Below are positions 12,590-26,373 of a stretch of DNA of 64,000 bases, one piece after another. Numbering within the stretch: the first letter of the stretch is position 1; each line of letters starts with the position of its first letter. The translations under genes were made by a program, and so were the position numbers. Source of the stretch: Blepharisma stoltei ATCC 30299 (Eukaryota; Protista; Ciliophora); the NCBI GenBank assembly GCA_965603825.1, contig CBFDEM010000053.1:372001-436000 (forward strand). Direction: 5' to 3'. Under the pieces are notes generated by a model that saw only the letters and a program-made list of their open reading frames with translations, did no database searches and had not been told where the DNA came from.

Positions 12590-13066
12590 CTATAAGTCCA
12601 AATACTGGACTATTCCTTTCAGCGATTTATTATCATGAGCTAATAAAATATTTTCTCTATGAAGACTGTCTAGTTTTTTAGATAACTCGTAAACTAATCA
12701 GTCTCTTTTTGAATCCTCATTGACAATATCAAGCATCATTTTTCGCTCAAATGTAAGTGCTTCTTGAACACTCGCAAGAATATGCTTGCTTACTTTTGAC
12801 AAGACCTCAGCCGGGTCTGAATTTTTTGAAAAATTACAAACTTCCTTATCAGGTAAATTTGAGTCATTTTCTTCTGATTCTGAATTGAATTCAGGGGTAT
12901 TTTGAGAAAGGATGCTTATGAAGGTCAGCTTAGGATCAGCGTCTTTCAAACAGAAGTCTTCGTTTGGAAGAGTTGACAGCTGGTCTTCATCACGAGGCTC
13001 TCTGGCAGGGCTTTTAAAAAAAGGTGTCCCATTCGAGCTAGTATGGTAGCTAGAATTATAAATCAT
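12590..13066 (-). CDS. Hypothetical protein with C-terminal coiled coil
   Basis: ORF extends through TGA 12698-12700 to TAG at 12590-12592. Confidence 0.7.
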
Positions 13067-13713
13067 TTTATAAATTTGTGAGTGTTAAGAAGAAACTTCA
13101 AAAAATCAGGAATACTATTTAATGAATAGTGGCCTTTTAAAGTCAGGATACAAATTTTTATCAAATTAAGAGGTAAGAAGCTTTCAATACTATTCTTAGA
13201 GAATTGGATTGTAAATTATATGAGAAATTTAAGTATTGGAGTTTTGGATGATGGATTGAAATATATTTACCAAAAAATCAAAGAGAACTTCTAAATAAAT
13301 GATTTGGTAATCTAAGTATGCTAAATTTATTATAATGGCTTTATGGTTTATTTAAAAATATAATAATATTTCTTCTGGTAGATGATCATTCAAATCTATT
13401 AATGAGTGCTCTTTCACAATTTTTATGAATTTTTGGCTGCTTTTGATAATTTTGCTTTTGTCTTTTTGCGTTCTCTACTTATATTTTGGCTGTTGATATC
13501 TAAAAATGCACTGTAAAAATTTATAAATTTTAAAGTAAATAAAAAAGCATTCGCTGATAAATAGGAGGATTTTATTATTCATTTAAACCTTTTTATTAAA
13601 TTATATAGCACTCTCTTTCCACGATTCTAATAGCTATCAAAATTTCCATTTTTATCAAATATTAATCCTCATCTTAAAAGAGCGGTATTTTTCTTTATAA
13701 TATTAATTCAGAA

Positions 13714-15507
13714 ATGAGCCTTCATCCAAATGCTATAAGAAATCTCCACAATACTCAGCATCTCCCTGATTATCAGCCCATCGTTCAAGTCCTCGATATG
13801 AAATCTCTCAACAACCAAAAATACCAAATTGTAATTTCAGATGGCGAATTTTATCAGCAAGCTCTATTTGTAGGCCAATGCAATGATATCATAAAATCAG
13901 GAATTATTCATATTTATGACCTTATCAAAATCAACGATTACGTCGTCAACATTCTCAACAACACAAAAATTCTATTCATTACTGAAATTGAGCATGTTTC
14001 TTCATATGATAGTCAAATTGCAGACCCAATCAGATATAATGATATCAGAACAAATCCGAAACCTGTGCTTGAAGAAACCCAAGAAATCCCTGAAGCACCA
14101 GTCCCAGATCAAAAAATAGCCCAAATCCCCGAAAAATTAATCCCAGAGCAAACAAAAGACTTGTACGCGCCTATAAAATCATTAACCCCATTATCAACCA
14201 GCTGGATTATTAAAGCAAGAGTTTCACAAAAAACTGATATAAAGACGTGGCATAATGCAAGAGGAGAAGGAAAAGTTTTTTCTATCACTCTGATTGATTC
14301 GTATTTAGATGAAATACAAGCTGTATTTTTTAATGCTGCAGCTGATAAGTTTTATGATGTTTTTAAGGAAGGAAAAGTTTATACATTTAGTGATGGGAAT
14401 GTTAGGTCTGCGAAAAGGAAATTTCATTCTGTTGAAAATGATTATCAATTAAATTTTGATACAAATGCTGTTATTGCAGAAGTGCCTGATGATGGGAATA
14501 TTGGGTTTTTGAAATTCAATTTTATACCAATTGACCAATTATCAAAACTTGAAATCGGCACAATTTTAGATGTTTGTGGAATTATCACAGAAATTGGCTC
14601 ATTATCTGACATCATGTCCAGAAAAGGTGAAAATTTGAAAAAAAGGAGTGTTCGAATTACAGACCATACCTATTTTTCAATAGAAATTACCCTATGAAAT
14701 GACCTTGCAACTTTGCAAGATTTCGACTCAATTTCAATTGACTCCAAGCCTATTTTAGCAGGAAAATCATTAAGGCTCACAGACTTCAACGGCCTATCAC
14801 TTACCTGTGAAAAATCAATATCCTCAATATACATAAACCCCAAAGACTATAAAGAACTCGACTTTATTAAGCGTTGGAAAAATTCCTCCACAGAAAATAG
14901 GCTACAGCTAACCCCTCTTACCCATCGTACAATATCCAAAACTCAGCAAGAATTCAAAACCCTCAGAGAAATCAAAGAAATTTGGGAAGGATTAATGATA
15001 TCTTCAGACCAAACTATAAGCTATACCATTATTGGCTATATTTCTTATATAAGATCAGACAATTTTTCATCATTGACTTATCCTTCATGCAAAAATTCAT
15101 CAAGTTGCAAAAAGAAAGTCTTGATGGAAAGTGATGGACTTTTTAGATGTGAAAAATGCAAAGAATCGTTCCCCAACTGCACTTATAGGTATCTTTTATC
15201 GATGGTTTTTAACGATTCTACTGAAAATATAAATGTGACCGGGTTTGATGAGGTTGGGAATTCTTTATTTGGGATGACTGCAGGACAGTTATATGAAGTT
15301 TCTAAAGAGCAGGAGAAATTTGATGGAGTGATCAGTGGGGTTTTTAGAAAAGAAAGAATTGGGACTTTGAGGGTTAGCAATAATGATTCAGGAAATGGGC
15401 CTAGGACAAGATATGTATTGATGAAGCTGGAGCCGATGAACTTTCAAAGAGGATCGATTTTGTTTTTAGATGAAATCAACTATATTATGGGGCAGATTTC
15501 TTTATAA
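13714..15507 (+). CDS. RPA1: Replication protein A 70-kDa subunit
   Basis: ISDG in DBD-F; WIIKARV, GEGKVFS, EITL-W(TGA 14695); C-terminal YPSC...CKKKV...CEKC...YRY zinc motif. Confidence 0.95.
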
Positions 15508-15694
15508 TTCATATTTATTAATACTTTGTTTTAAATTGTATAAATTGATGCTCAATTTAGCCTTTTTGAATCAGTCAATTATATAATTCTATTTTTATAA
15601 ACGGAGATCAAAATTTTAATTATTTAAACATCAAAAATTACCTAAATAATTTTTAAATTTATTTTTACCTAAATTCTTCATAAATATGAGGAAT

Positions 15695-16366
15695 TTATCT
15701 TGATTTTCGATATAAGTTTGGTGGTGAAGAATAAGCTGGACTTGAATTAAATGACTGAATAAATATAATTCCTCCCACAAAAACCGCGACATAAATCCAA
15801 ATTTTTGATTCATTTTCTGCTTCTTTTTCTTCCCTTCCTCCATAAGTTTCTTCTCTTCTTTTTCGTCCATGATTTTTCCAATTGTGATTGTTGTTGTATT
15901 TATCATATTTATATTGGCTATAAGTATACCTTTCCCTTCTTGCCAAAAATGGGTCATTATAAGCACATCCATGCGTAGTCGCCCCTCTAAAGCCATAATC
16001 TGGCCTAATTCTTTCTTTATAAGCCCATTCATTATGCCTTCGATAATCTTCATGTGAATATGAAGATTTTGCCTCATAAAAATCATTATCCTTATTTTGC
16101 TTACTTTGGGATTGCTGATGATTTATTTCTTTGCCTACGCTAAAATTTAAGTCACTTATTTTCTCATAGGCCTCGCCAATTTTTTTGAACTTTTCCGCGT
16201 CCCCAGTTGGGGTATCTGGGTGATATTGTTTGGCAAGGCTTAAATAGGCTTGACGGACGTCGGCTTGCTTAGCTCCTATTTCTAGCCCTAGAATCACATA
16301 ATAGTCTTTGGGAGTACAAATTGAGCTAAATAATCTTAAAGAACGCTTAGAATAATTCATCAGCAT
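15695..16366 (-). CDS. DnaJ-domain protein, probably mitochondrial, with C-terminal TM
   Basis: DYYVILGL...AYLSLAKQYHPD...FKKIGEAYEK; basic presequence; hydrophobic IWIYVAVFVGGIIFI. Confidence 0.88.
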   Translation of the reverse strand: MLMNYSKRSLRLFSSICTPKDYYVILGLEIGAKQADVRQAYLSLAKQYHPDTPTGDAEKFKKIGEAYEKISDLNFSVGKEINHQQSQSKQNKDNDFYEAKSSYSHEDYRRHNEWAYKERIRPDYGFRGATTHGCAYNDPFLARRERYTYSQYKYDKYNNNHNWKNHGRKRREETYGGREEKEAENESKIWIYVAVFVGGIIFIQSFNSSPAYSSPPNLYRKSR

Positions 16367-17464
16367 TTTAGATTATGAATTTTTGGGATTAGAATATCAA
16401 AAAAAATTTTGCTAGGTGAAGACGGTAGGAAAAATTAAGCCATTAAATAGATTATGCATTTGTGAATCTCAGTAAATTTCAATTAATATGAAAAGGTATG
16501 AAATTATTATTTTTCAACTTATCAAAAGAATTTTTAACAGATAACGAATATAAGTTGAAGATAGGTCATATTTAGAAGAAATATAATAAATGGAAAATAA
16601 ATCAAAGTTGAAATGCAGTTTATTTAGATACCAAAGAAAATTGGAAGCAAAGCCCTTAAAAAATTCTAAGTAGTAAAGATTAGAATGAAATGGCAATTAT
16701 AATGAAAATATATCTTCAAGAATTTCCATAAAATTGATTATTGATAGAAGAAGTTCCATCCCATTTTTGTGTTCACCTGCCATAAAAAATCAAGATAATG
16801 CTGAATTAATCATCAATTGTTAATTTAGAGTATAGAAGCATTAAATATGAGCTTGCAAAGTAGCAAACAAATTAATTGTATTTATTTCTCATATCCCAAG
16901 TTATATAAAAATTGATTAACTTTGAAGAATCATCTCATCACATTACATTAAGAAAAAATAGATATTAATTTATTAGCAAGATTCCTTTATACTTCTAAAT
17001 TGCAAAATGTCATATTTCAAACAAATTAGCTTTAAAATATATAAATTTCATCATTTTTTAAGATTTATATTTATATGATTCTCGAATATTAACTGTCATA
17101 TCATTTTGATGTCCAAATCCCAAAAAAAAAAACTCCTTGAAGAAGTTACACAAATTCATCTACTAAGAAGTTTTGATGTTTTTACATCAAAAAAGTCTCT
17201 TCCTAATGTTTAATTAAAAATTCTTCGGACTAACCTCTAAATCCCCAAAAAAAATCCCAATTCTAAATTTATTGCTTTTCCATCCTCTTTTGTCCCTAAA
17301 TAAGAGAGATAATGCTTTCCTCTTCCCTCATTTACCTTCTCTCATTGTTAATATATATAAAGTCAATGTTAATTTTCACTGACATACTTAATATGTTGCA
17401 TTAGCAGTTGTAGCCTACAGAAAAAAAAATGCCTCTTAAAAAATCAAATTTAGATCAGTTCAGG

Positions 17465-17896
17465 CTAAAGATTATTATTAAGTAATGAATGTAATATTGG
17501 AATTCTTGTTTGTCCCCAATCTGACTGACGATGTTTATCTACCGGAGGGAGTACAGGCATAGGACCAGCCATAGATCTAGAATTTAGATTCCTTATAGAT
17601 ACTTCTTGATTAATAAACAGTAATTCGAACGGAGTTACAATACTTTTATTCTCTATACTTTTAGCTTGAGGGTTCTTTATAATGGTTCTCTCATGCTTAC
17701 TTGACTTTGCATCTTTACGATGCAAAAGTTCATGCTCGTTAAGGTTTTGCTTGCAAGCAAAGGTTTTCGAGCACTCTGCACATACAAAATTTCTGATTTT
17801 TAGGTGAATTGCATTGATATGCCGTCTTAGGTTGTATTTTGTTCGATAGCTTTTGGTGCAATTGGTATAATAGCACTTGAATTGGTTTTCCATCAT
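17465..17896 (-). CDS. C2H2 zinc-finger transcription factor (2 fingers)
   Basis: FKCYYTNC...LRRHINAIH and FVCAEC...LNEHELLH. Confidence 0.9.
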   Translation of the reverse strand: MMENQFKCYYTNCTKSYRTKYNLRRHINAIHLKIRNFVCAECSKTFACKQNLNEHELLHRKDAKSSKHERTIIKNPQAKSIENKSIVTPFELLFINQEVSIRNLNSRSMAGPMPVLPPVDKHRQSDWGQTRIPILHSLLNNNL

Positions 17897-19824
17897 GACT
17901 CACAGTAATTATAAAAAATGTGCCATTACTGATTATTCACTAAGAACCAAAATATTTCTTATTTGCTTAAGATATAAATTACAAATTTAACTATAAAGCC
18001 GATTAAAATGCAATAAGACCTTCATTTATATTTATTGATTAATTAAAGCAAAAATCTCCATTTGCTAATAATCAATCTATCAACACAATTCAGTAGAATA
18101 TTTTATTTATTGAAATTCTAAAAAACTGATTAAACATTAACTGATGATATTTTTTTATATTTTCAACAAGCGATATTATCCTGATTATCCTACTTATCCA
18201 TTATTTGATTCTAAAATTATATATTATATGCCCTTCAAAGGGAATTCTATCAACAAAAACAATTTAAAATTTTTTAGACATATAGCATCGACACTAAATA
18301 ATCTAGTAAACCCAATCGTGCTGTGACTAAAAGTTAAGATAAGAAAAATTATTAATTTTAATTATAATTTAAAATTTCTCTATTATTAAATAAAAAAAGT
18401 TAATAATAAAATAACTTCTTGATGATGCATTTTGAAAATAAAAGATTTAGGATATCATTAATCTAATTTTTATAAAAAATGATAAAATATCATTTTTTTA
18501 TATTATGAAGATTTTAAGCTGGGAAAAAAATATAGTCTTCAATAATTGTTTTCTTGGGGTCTTTTATTAGATATTAATTCAAATTATTTCTATTTATCTC
18601 TAATAACTCTTAAAATGTGAAAAATAAGCTTAATTCATCATATTTATTAGTAAACTGTCTCAATACTTTTTGCCAAATATGGAAAATAGTTTCTTTTGAT
18701 AAAAGACTTAGGCCCTTTTTATCACTTGCACCAAAATTGATACTAATAACCGATAATAATTTTTTGAATATAGAGATTGGCTTATAATATAATTTACAGT
18801 ATTTCTAAATTAATTTTACTATTTAGTGGTAAAAAAGAAGTCTGGATTCTGAATTTTTTTAAAGTATAATCAACTATTGAGTATCCAATTTAGAATAAAT
18901 TTATTATTAGCTAAGCATTTTAAAGGCAGCCATGAGTCTCGAACTTAGTAGTTTAATCACCTTTCTAAACTAAATTTATAAATATTAATGTTATTAGTCA
19001 TTGTGTTAATGAATTGTAAAATAGCCAAATAAATATTAGCTTCTCCTTGGCTAGTGATCTTGTACTTAAGGACGATTAATTTTTTGGGAAATTGTACATT
19101 TTCAAATGATTTTGCGAACTAGTAAAGGTTTGGGATAAATAAATTATTTACTAACATTTGACTTATTCGGAATCATTAGCAGCTAACTTAATTTTTAAAT
19201 TATTTTTAGGTATCTTCAAATTCTGAATAATTTTTCATAAGCAAATTTTTCATTTATAAATTTGTGACAGAAATCATTAGAATCATCTATTTTTTATCAT
19301 GCTTTAGTACTTATCAATTATTTGCCTTTAGAAAATAAAATTTATCGAAAATGGTGACAGTGAGATGTAAATTATTATGGAAATTTTATGAATAAAAAAA
19401 GAAATTTTGCAAGCTTTTAAATTGTTTTTCACTTCATAAGTAGCTATAATGAGTATTAATAACTATTTAATGCCTTAAGCAAAGCAAAATGGTTTTAAAG
19501 GAAAGGCCTAGTCTTTTCACATACTAAATACATTTTCTTCTCAAAATTAAATAATTAATTCAATCTTGTATATTCTTATCCAAAATCATTTATAATTCAT
19601 GGCTAATTCCAAAGAGTTTAAATTTGAATTATAATTTCACTATATATCACACAAATTTCGAAATGTTTTTTATGAACTTAAAATATTTCTATCATTATCT
19701 TAGTTTCCGATTTTCCAATTCAAAGCCCTTCATATTTTTCATTTTTTAATCATTTCTAATTCTTTTTATGCATATCCAAATCCTTCATTTTCAGCCTAAT
19801 CCTATAAATTTAAGCGAAAAAATT

Positions 19825-20877
19825 ATGACAGAAGACCGCTCTCAAAAGAAAACTCAACTCGACAAATTTTTATCAAGCATAAGCGATAACTACAGCAGAT
19901 ACGAAACAGATGCCACCCTAGATAACTCCCAAATCCTCACAAATGATAATACCCTTACAGAAAAATCAGGCTGACTTCTAAAGAAGTCTAATAATATTTT
20001 ACGAGGCTACCAGCAACGTTATTTTGTATTAAAAGACAAAAGGCTGGTTTACTATAGAAAAGAGTCTGATCCTCAGCCAGCTGGGATTATTAATTTTAAT
20101 CTCATAACAGTCGACGTGCAGGTCTATGACCCAGAAATGCCTAGAAAAGTGTATATTAAACCTTTAGGCTCAAAAAGGTGTTTTGTGCTTAAATCATATG
20201 ATTGTAAAGAAATTATTGAATGGGCTCGAGCTTTGTATAGGCATATTACATATTCTGATGGGAAAAAACTAGACATTACGACTGTGAGTATGCAGAGAGA
20301 ATTTTGGAGATTTGATAGGGTTTCTGAGGAACAGTTTAGGTACCAAGCGTGCACAGGGGATTTGATATTGTTTAAAGGGAAAAGTGTTGCAGCGAAGCTG
20401 CAAAGAAGCGTTTTAAGGGGCAGATATGACCATGTAGCTTTATTACTTTGCTACTCATCTGGGGATATAGCTATATTAGAAGCTACTGAAGACAATGGCG
20501 TTTCTATTGTCCACTGGGACGATTTTCTACGATACGGCTGGTATAAGCTTTATAAAAGAATAGCATTCCGTAAGCTTACAATGGACAGATCCGAAGAAAC
20601 CTTACTGAAACTCGAAAATTTTATAGAACACACCAAAGGAAAAAAATATAAAATTTCATATAAAAAAGTTTTTGGTATTGACCAACATAGACAGCCAGGT
20701 GATGAGGATAATTATTTTTGCTCTGAACTGATTGCTTCTGCTTATAAAGCATTAGGAATTTTAAATCAAAATATCGCTTCAAGTCGGTATTGGCCTGGAG
20801 ATTTTGAAAGTAAAAATTCTATACCTTTAACAGATGCAGAACTCGGTGAAGAAATCATGATTGATTTTGAACTGTAA
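19825..20877 (+). CDS. PH domain + permuted papain-like (YiiX/YebB-type NlpC/P60) amidase/acyltransferase
   Basis: KSG-W(TGA 19972)-LLKK...RYFVL...EIIEWARAL (PH); TGDLILF, YDHVALL, ILEA, YFCSELIASAY, WPGDF. Confidence 0.88.
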
Positions 20878-20941
20878 AATCTGCAAAATAATTCATATAA
20901 AATTAATTGAAGTAAATCAATTTTTGAAATAATTTTTTATT

Positions 20942-23380
20942 ATGGAACGAAAACAATTTAATTTTCCCAGGCCGTTTCGATTTGGGAATGGAGATGAGCT
21001 ACCTCCGCGGCAACAGTAAAAATAACGTAGGGACGAAATAAGCATCAAGCCTATAAGCCGAGACAAAGAAGAAGAAGAGTTCGAAGATCCTCCTCCGCCA
21101 GCCCTTACCCCAGCTTTAAATCCTCGTGAAAAATACAACAGGAACCCTCCAAAGTCTGCTTTTAAGCCTCCTTATCCTCCTTTAGCACCTGCCAATATAG
21201 AAGAGCTAGAAAACATTGACAAACTAATGGGAATGGACTTGGAAGACCTTTTACTTCAAGACTCAGCACCTAAACCTACTGCCCCGCCCCCTAAGCCTGA
21301 AAGCTACGCCCTCCCAGCTACTTTTATTGAGAGGGACGAAAACCAAGAAAGAGAAGCCGCTATAAAAATGCAAGTCTTGGTCGATAAATGTAAAGAATTT
21401 AAAGAAAAAATTAAAGAATTAAGGGACAAAAATTTAGAAATGGCTAAAGGAAATTATGAAAAAGGCCAAGAATTGGAACATTTAAAGCTAGAAAAACTTC
21501 AGCTGGAAGAAGAATTGAAATCCTTAGGGCTTTTGGATAAAAGAGGATACCAAGGAGGAGGGCTTGCAATTATCAGCAGAAAAGCTTTAGATGACGACGA
21601 AAATAAGCGAAAACTTGATATGAAAAGAGAGTTAATGATGGGGATTGCCTTAGTTGAAGGCGATTTTGCAGATTTTTTGGGAAAACAGGAAAGTGAAAAA
21701 AATTGCTGTGATAAATTTACAGACCAGATAAAGTCATGCTTTTATAAAGTAGTTGTTTTGAAAGGAGAAATGAAGAGGATTGAAGCCAGGTATGATAAAA
21801 GTATAAGCGCGTATTTTTCTTTTTACAAATTTTTGGTTAACTCCAGCATTTTTATTCTAGCAATTTTTATGTATTTGCTGATATCACATATTTTGTATTA
21901 TAATGGCAATTTTTTAGGAACCTGCGGAGGTGGGCCTTGCTTTTTGTTATATTCCGCATTTCCGACTTCTGAAGACATATCATATTGCCTTTCTTTTATA
22001 TGTTTAATTGCTGCTACAGTTTGCGCATCTATTTTTAAATGGGTGAGAACTGATTACATTAGAAAAAAGCAAGAAATTTTTGGAGGCAAAGATATTAAGC
22101 TAAAAAGATTCGCTGCAATTGTATTTAATAACTGGTCATGGAATATTGACACTGAGACAGACTCATATGACCAATCACAAAATATTAGCAATCAGCTGAC
22201 AACTGCGCTGAAAGATGAAGCAAAGCTAAAAGAAGCTGCAAATAGGTCAGCTGCCCAAAAAACAGCATTGACTATAAGAAGGATCATAGGAAGCTCGATA
22301 TATATTTTGATATTAATCGTGGGATGGGTACTCATTATCCTTATTTTAGTGTATGAAAAAGACTTTGTCAACAGCATTGCACCTACTGGTACTTGGTCAC
22401 TTGTTGTCGGATTTATCCCAAAACTAGGAATTTCTCTTATAAATGCTGCTTTTCCTAATCTAACCATAAAAATCACTACACTAGAAAATTGGGACTCTCC
22501 TTCATATATCGTAAAGCTGCAAATTATCAGAATTTATATAGCGAAAATCTTAAACGTCGTCGTATTCGCAGGCTTAAATCTTGCTTTAGCAACAGATGCT
22601 GTCCTTTTAGATATCGGCGAACAAATTGAATACGAAACCAATTATAATTGCCGAGAAGACCAAGCTGGTATTAATTTATTACTACTAGTAATATCAGAAG
22701 CGGTTATGTCTAAGGTCATTCCTCTTGTGTTTATTTTATTCAATTTTATTTTATCAAAAATCAGAAAAGTCTCCTCATGGAAAAAACAAATTAAAGTGTC
22801 TCAGCAGTTAATTAATTGCATTTATTTCCAAGCTTTAGTATGGGTGACATTGCCATATTTTCCATATGTGGCTGTTTTGACGCCTGTGCTGATGTTTATT
22901 GATTTCAAATTCCAGCATTGGAAATTAAATAAATTACAAATTAAGCCTTTACAGCAAACTCAAGCAAGTGACTTGGTCATTTTTATTATAAGAGTTTATA
23001 ATATTACGCTGCTAGGGGCTATAGCTTATATAACCTTTTTCCTTACTGCCGATCTGCCCCACAAGTCTTATAATAATGGATCAGATTTATGTGGGCCTTT
23101 TGAAAGTCATGTATCAGCAACTACATCTATTATAAATGCAATGACTGATAGAGTGGTACTAAAACAGCTGTGGCTGTATGCGCTTGGATACGCCCCAGTT
23201 TTCTGGGGACTTGTGGTGATTGCTATTGCTAAAATATTTTTCTTAAAAAATCACCTCAATGTCATGGTCCAGTATCAAGATGACAGAGAAATGGAGCTTA
23301 CACATCAAATTATTGATCTGCAGCGGGCAAATGCAACACTAAAGAAGAAAGAAAAATTGAACAAAGAAATGATTAATTAA
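20942..23380 (+). CDS. Transmembrane channel-like (TMC) protein
   Basis: ATG 20942; intron 21016-21030; MKRIEARYDKSISAYFSFYKFL, VFNNWSW, ITTLENW, CREDQAG, LINCIYFQALVW..PYFP; about 10 TM segments; CGPF. Confidence 0.85.
21016..21030 (+). other. 15-nt spliceosomal intron
   Basis: GTAAAAATAACGTAG; A10; contains in-frame TAA. Confidence 0.88.
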
Positions 23381-23401
23381 ATTGAAATGATTAATTAAAT
23401 T
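23366..23401 (+). repeat. 18-bp tandem duplication spanning the TMC stop codon
   Basis: GAAATGATTAATTAAATT x2. Confidence 0.8.
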
Positions 23402-23418
23402 AATATAAAAATACCATA

Positions 23419-26010
23419 ATGTGGTGGATTCTTGCTTTATTTGTCACTGTGAGTGGTATTTATGAAGACCAAGTAGGGGAATATGACTGAAGCTTGTCAC
23501 ATATAGGAAAAGTCAGCTATTTTGCACCAGCAAGCTCAGGCCGATATATTGTTGCGACAGAAAGAGGGATAATTGCAGGTCTACGTAGCAATGGCAAAGC
23601 TGAATGGCGAAAAATCGTCTCAAAATTGGATAATCCTGTATTAATCACCTCCAGCTCTAATTTTATTGCTACTTTTTCAGATAATCAGGTCAGTGTATTC
23701 ACACCTCATGATGGGACTCTTCAATGGACTAAAGGGATTCATGATGTTCTAGATATAAAAATAGTGGCTTTATCTATGAAGGAATATTTATGCTTACAAA
23801 AATCACAGGAAATTGAAGTTTTAGAGCTTTCGACTGGAGAAAGCAGCAGAGTTTTTAGCTTGGGAAATGTTGTGAAAATTATTGGGGCAAATGATGGAGA
23901 AATTGAAGTGCAAGCCAAAGAAGAAATTTTGACTATTTGGACAATTAATATAAAAACTGGAAAAACTGAAAAAGTTAGTGGCAGCTTAAAAGGAAAACAA
24001 TTTTGCTTAAAAAATGCCTGTGTTTCCCAAGACAAAGATAAAGTAGAAATTTATGAAAAAGGAAAATTTTTCGTAAAGGAGTGGAAAGGGAAAAATATTG
24101 AAAAAACTATTAATAATTCCAATTACGCATTAACTGAAGATCATGAGGTCTACGAAATTAAAGAAAATTACAGAAAAATCGTGGCAGCAGGCCCTGGAAT
24201 ATTTTCTGCTGGAGAAGACGAGCTCTTTTGGATCTCCCCAAGCTCCACTGAATTTATCCTAATTATCTACAGCATAAACGAAGGAACCTCAAAACAAGCC
24301 AAAGTGATTTACAAAGAAAAACTCCCTCAAATTGAGCATTTCTGGGGATTTCTAACCCAAAAAGGAGAATTCGTCGGATTTTTGACTTTATCAGACTTCA
24401 GCTTCACCTGCTTCACAAGCACCGAAATAAAATGGGTCAGAGAAGAAGGCCTTGGCCACCTAAAACACGTATATTTCGCTGAGCTTCCTAACAAAGCTCT
24501 TCACCACTCCAATGACTACGTTTCCGCCATAAAGCAAGACAATTCTTGGGTAAAATCTCCATTCAATTTCTTACTCAGACTAAAAATCCAGTTACAGTCC
24601 TTCTCCTTATGGCTTGAAGGGAAATCCAAAATTGATGAAGAAAAAGAGCTGATTCAAGACGTCTTTGGTATCAATAAATTAATCCTAGGGGTGAGTGCTT
24701 CAAACTATATTTTTGCTTTACAATCACTGTATAAAAACACAGTCTGGAAAAAATCATTTATCGAGTATGGGGAATTTTACCAATTAGTCCAAACTGGCAT
24801 AGAAGAAATCCTATTGATCTTTAAAGAAAATACAAATATTAAGCTTGTATGGATACTTTCCACATCTGGAGAGACTATTAAGACTGAAACTATTAAGGAT
24901 TTTGATTTATTAGAAGCTATTATTTTAGACAAAACTGAAAAACCTGGGGTGCTATTGGTCAGCAATTCTTTAAAGGTGAAAAATGTCACAAAAGATGTGA
25001 AAGCAGAAAATATTTATTTTTATAAAATAGATCCTAAAGAAAACACTATATTTGGATATAAAATTATAGGTGAAAATTCTCACCTTGTCTGGTCTATGGC
25101 ATTATCTGCCCAAGAAGAAATCAAAGCTTTTGCTACTGAAAAAGAGTCAAAAATCCACCAGCCAGCCATTGCTACCGGCACATCTAGGCTGATCTACAAG
25201 CATGATGATGCCAATATGTTCGCCTTAGCTACCATAAAATCATCAGACCTCTACATATACGTCATTAACGGTGTTTCTGGCAGCATCCTCGCAAAACTTC
25301 GTCAGGAAGGCGTATCAGGTTCCGTCAATTTAGTTTTGCACGAAAATAAGCTTATCGGCCACTATTGGAATTCTAAATATTCCCGCTATGAAATGATAGC
25401 TGGGGAATTCTTTGACAGCCAAGTCGACACCTCAGCCACTCATGTCCTAGCTTCTTATTATGAAGGGACTTTTGAGGACAAATATTCTTCTTTTGACTTG
25501 GCAAACCCCATTATTTTTACCCAAACCTATGCATTTCCAGGCGGAATTAAAGATATGAAGGTAACTAGGACTTTGCAAGGCATAACAACCCCTGACTTGG
25601 TCATGATTTTAAACACAAACCAGGTTTATACGCTTAATTTGAAATGGCTCAGTGCAAGGAGAAAACAAGAAGAAGATAAGACAGAGGGGATTTTTGACCA
25701 GCCAAATTTGCCGATTTATAAGCCAAATTTACCATTGGTGCAGCATAATATTTTGACTTATTATATGAATTTAGATGGCCTGGAGCAGCTAGAAATTACT
25801 TGGACTTTATTGGAGTCGACATCACTGGCGGTTGCGTATGGGCTGGACTTCTTTGTGGTGAGGGTGATGCCTGAGAAGTCTTTTGATATTTTGACGAGGG
25901 AGTTTAGCAGGTCAACGATTGTTATGACTATTCTGGGGCTGATTTTGTTGAATGTGGTGGTTGAGAGGTATTTTTCTTACAAAACGCAAAGAAATAACTT
26001 TAAGCAATAG
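23419..26010 (+). CDS. EMC1: ER membrane complex subunit 1
   Basis: Signal peptide then IYEDQVGEYD-W(TGA); WVREEGL, FGINKLI, LIYK, TRTLQGIT, LESTSLAVAYGLD, PEKSFDIL; C-terminal TM. Confidence 0.93.
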
Positions 26011-26373
26011 ATAATAGTATAGGTTTTAAAAGATTTCTGCAATAAAAATGGAAAATTGTATGGAGCGCTGAAAGGATGGATACCAAAATTAGATAAAAGT
26101 TTTCTGCAAATGTACAAGGCCAGTTAGCTATTCATGTGCTAAACACTTGATCGATGAAGGAGGGGTAAAATTCTTATATCTATTCAATTAAAGCATTTAT
26201 TAACGAATAATTAGGTGAAGTTAAAAAATAGAGGTAAAACTTCAATTCTAATCCTAATGGATAAACTTATTTTTGATTGAGGATTTAGTTTATGAAGAAA
26301 TAGACTAGCCCTGATGCTATAAAAAATATATTGCGATATAATAACATTTGCAAATTAATGTTTTGAAAAAATA

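Noticed and set aside
13100-13340. Purine-rich stretch with a short open frame
   Set aside because: No convincing start, motif or intron solution.
26030-26330. Coding-like composition after EMC1
   Set aside because: Stops in the frames I read; no identifiable homology.
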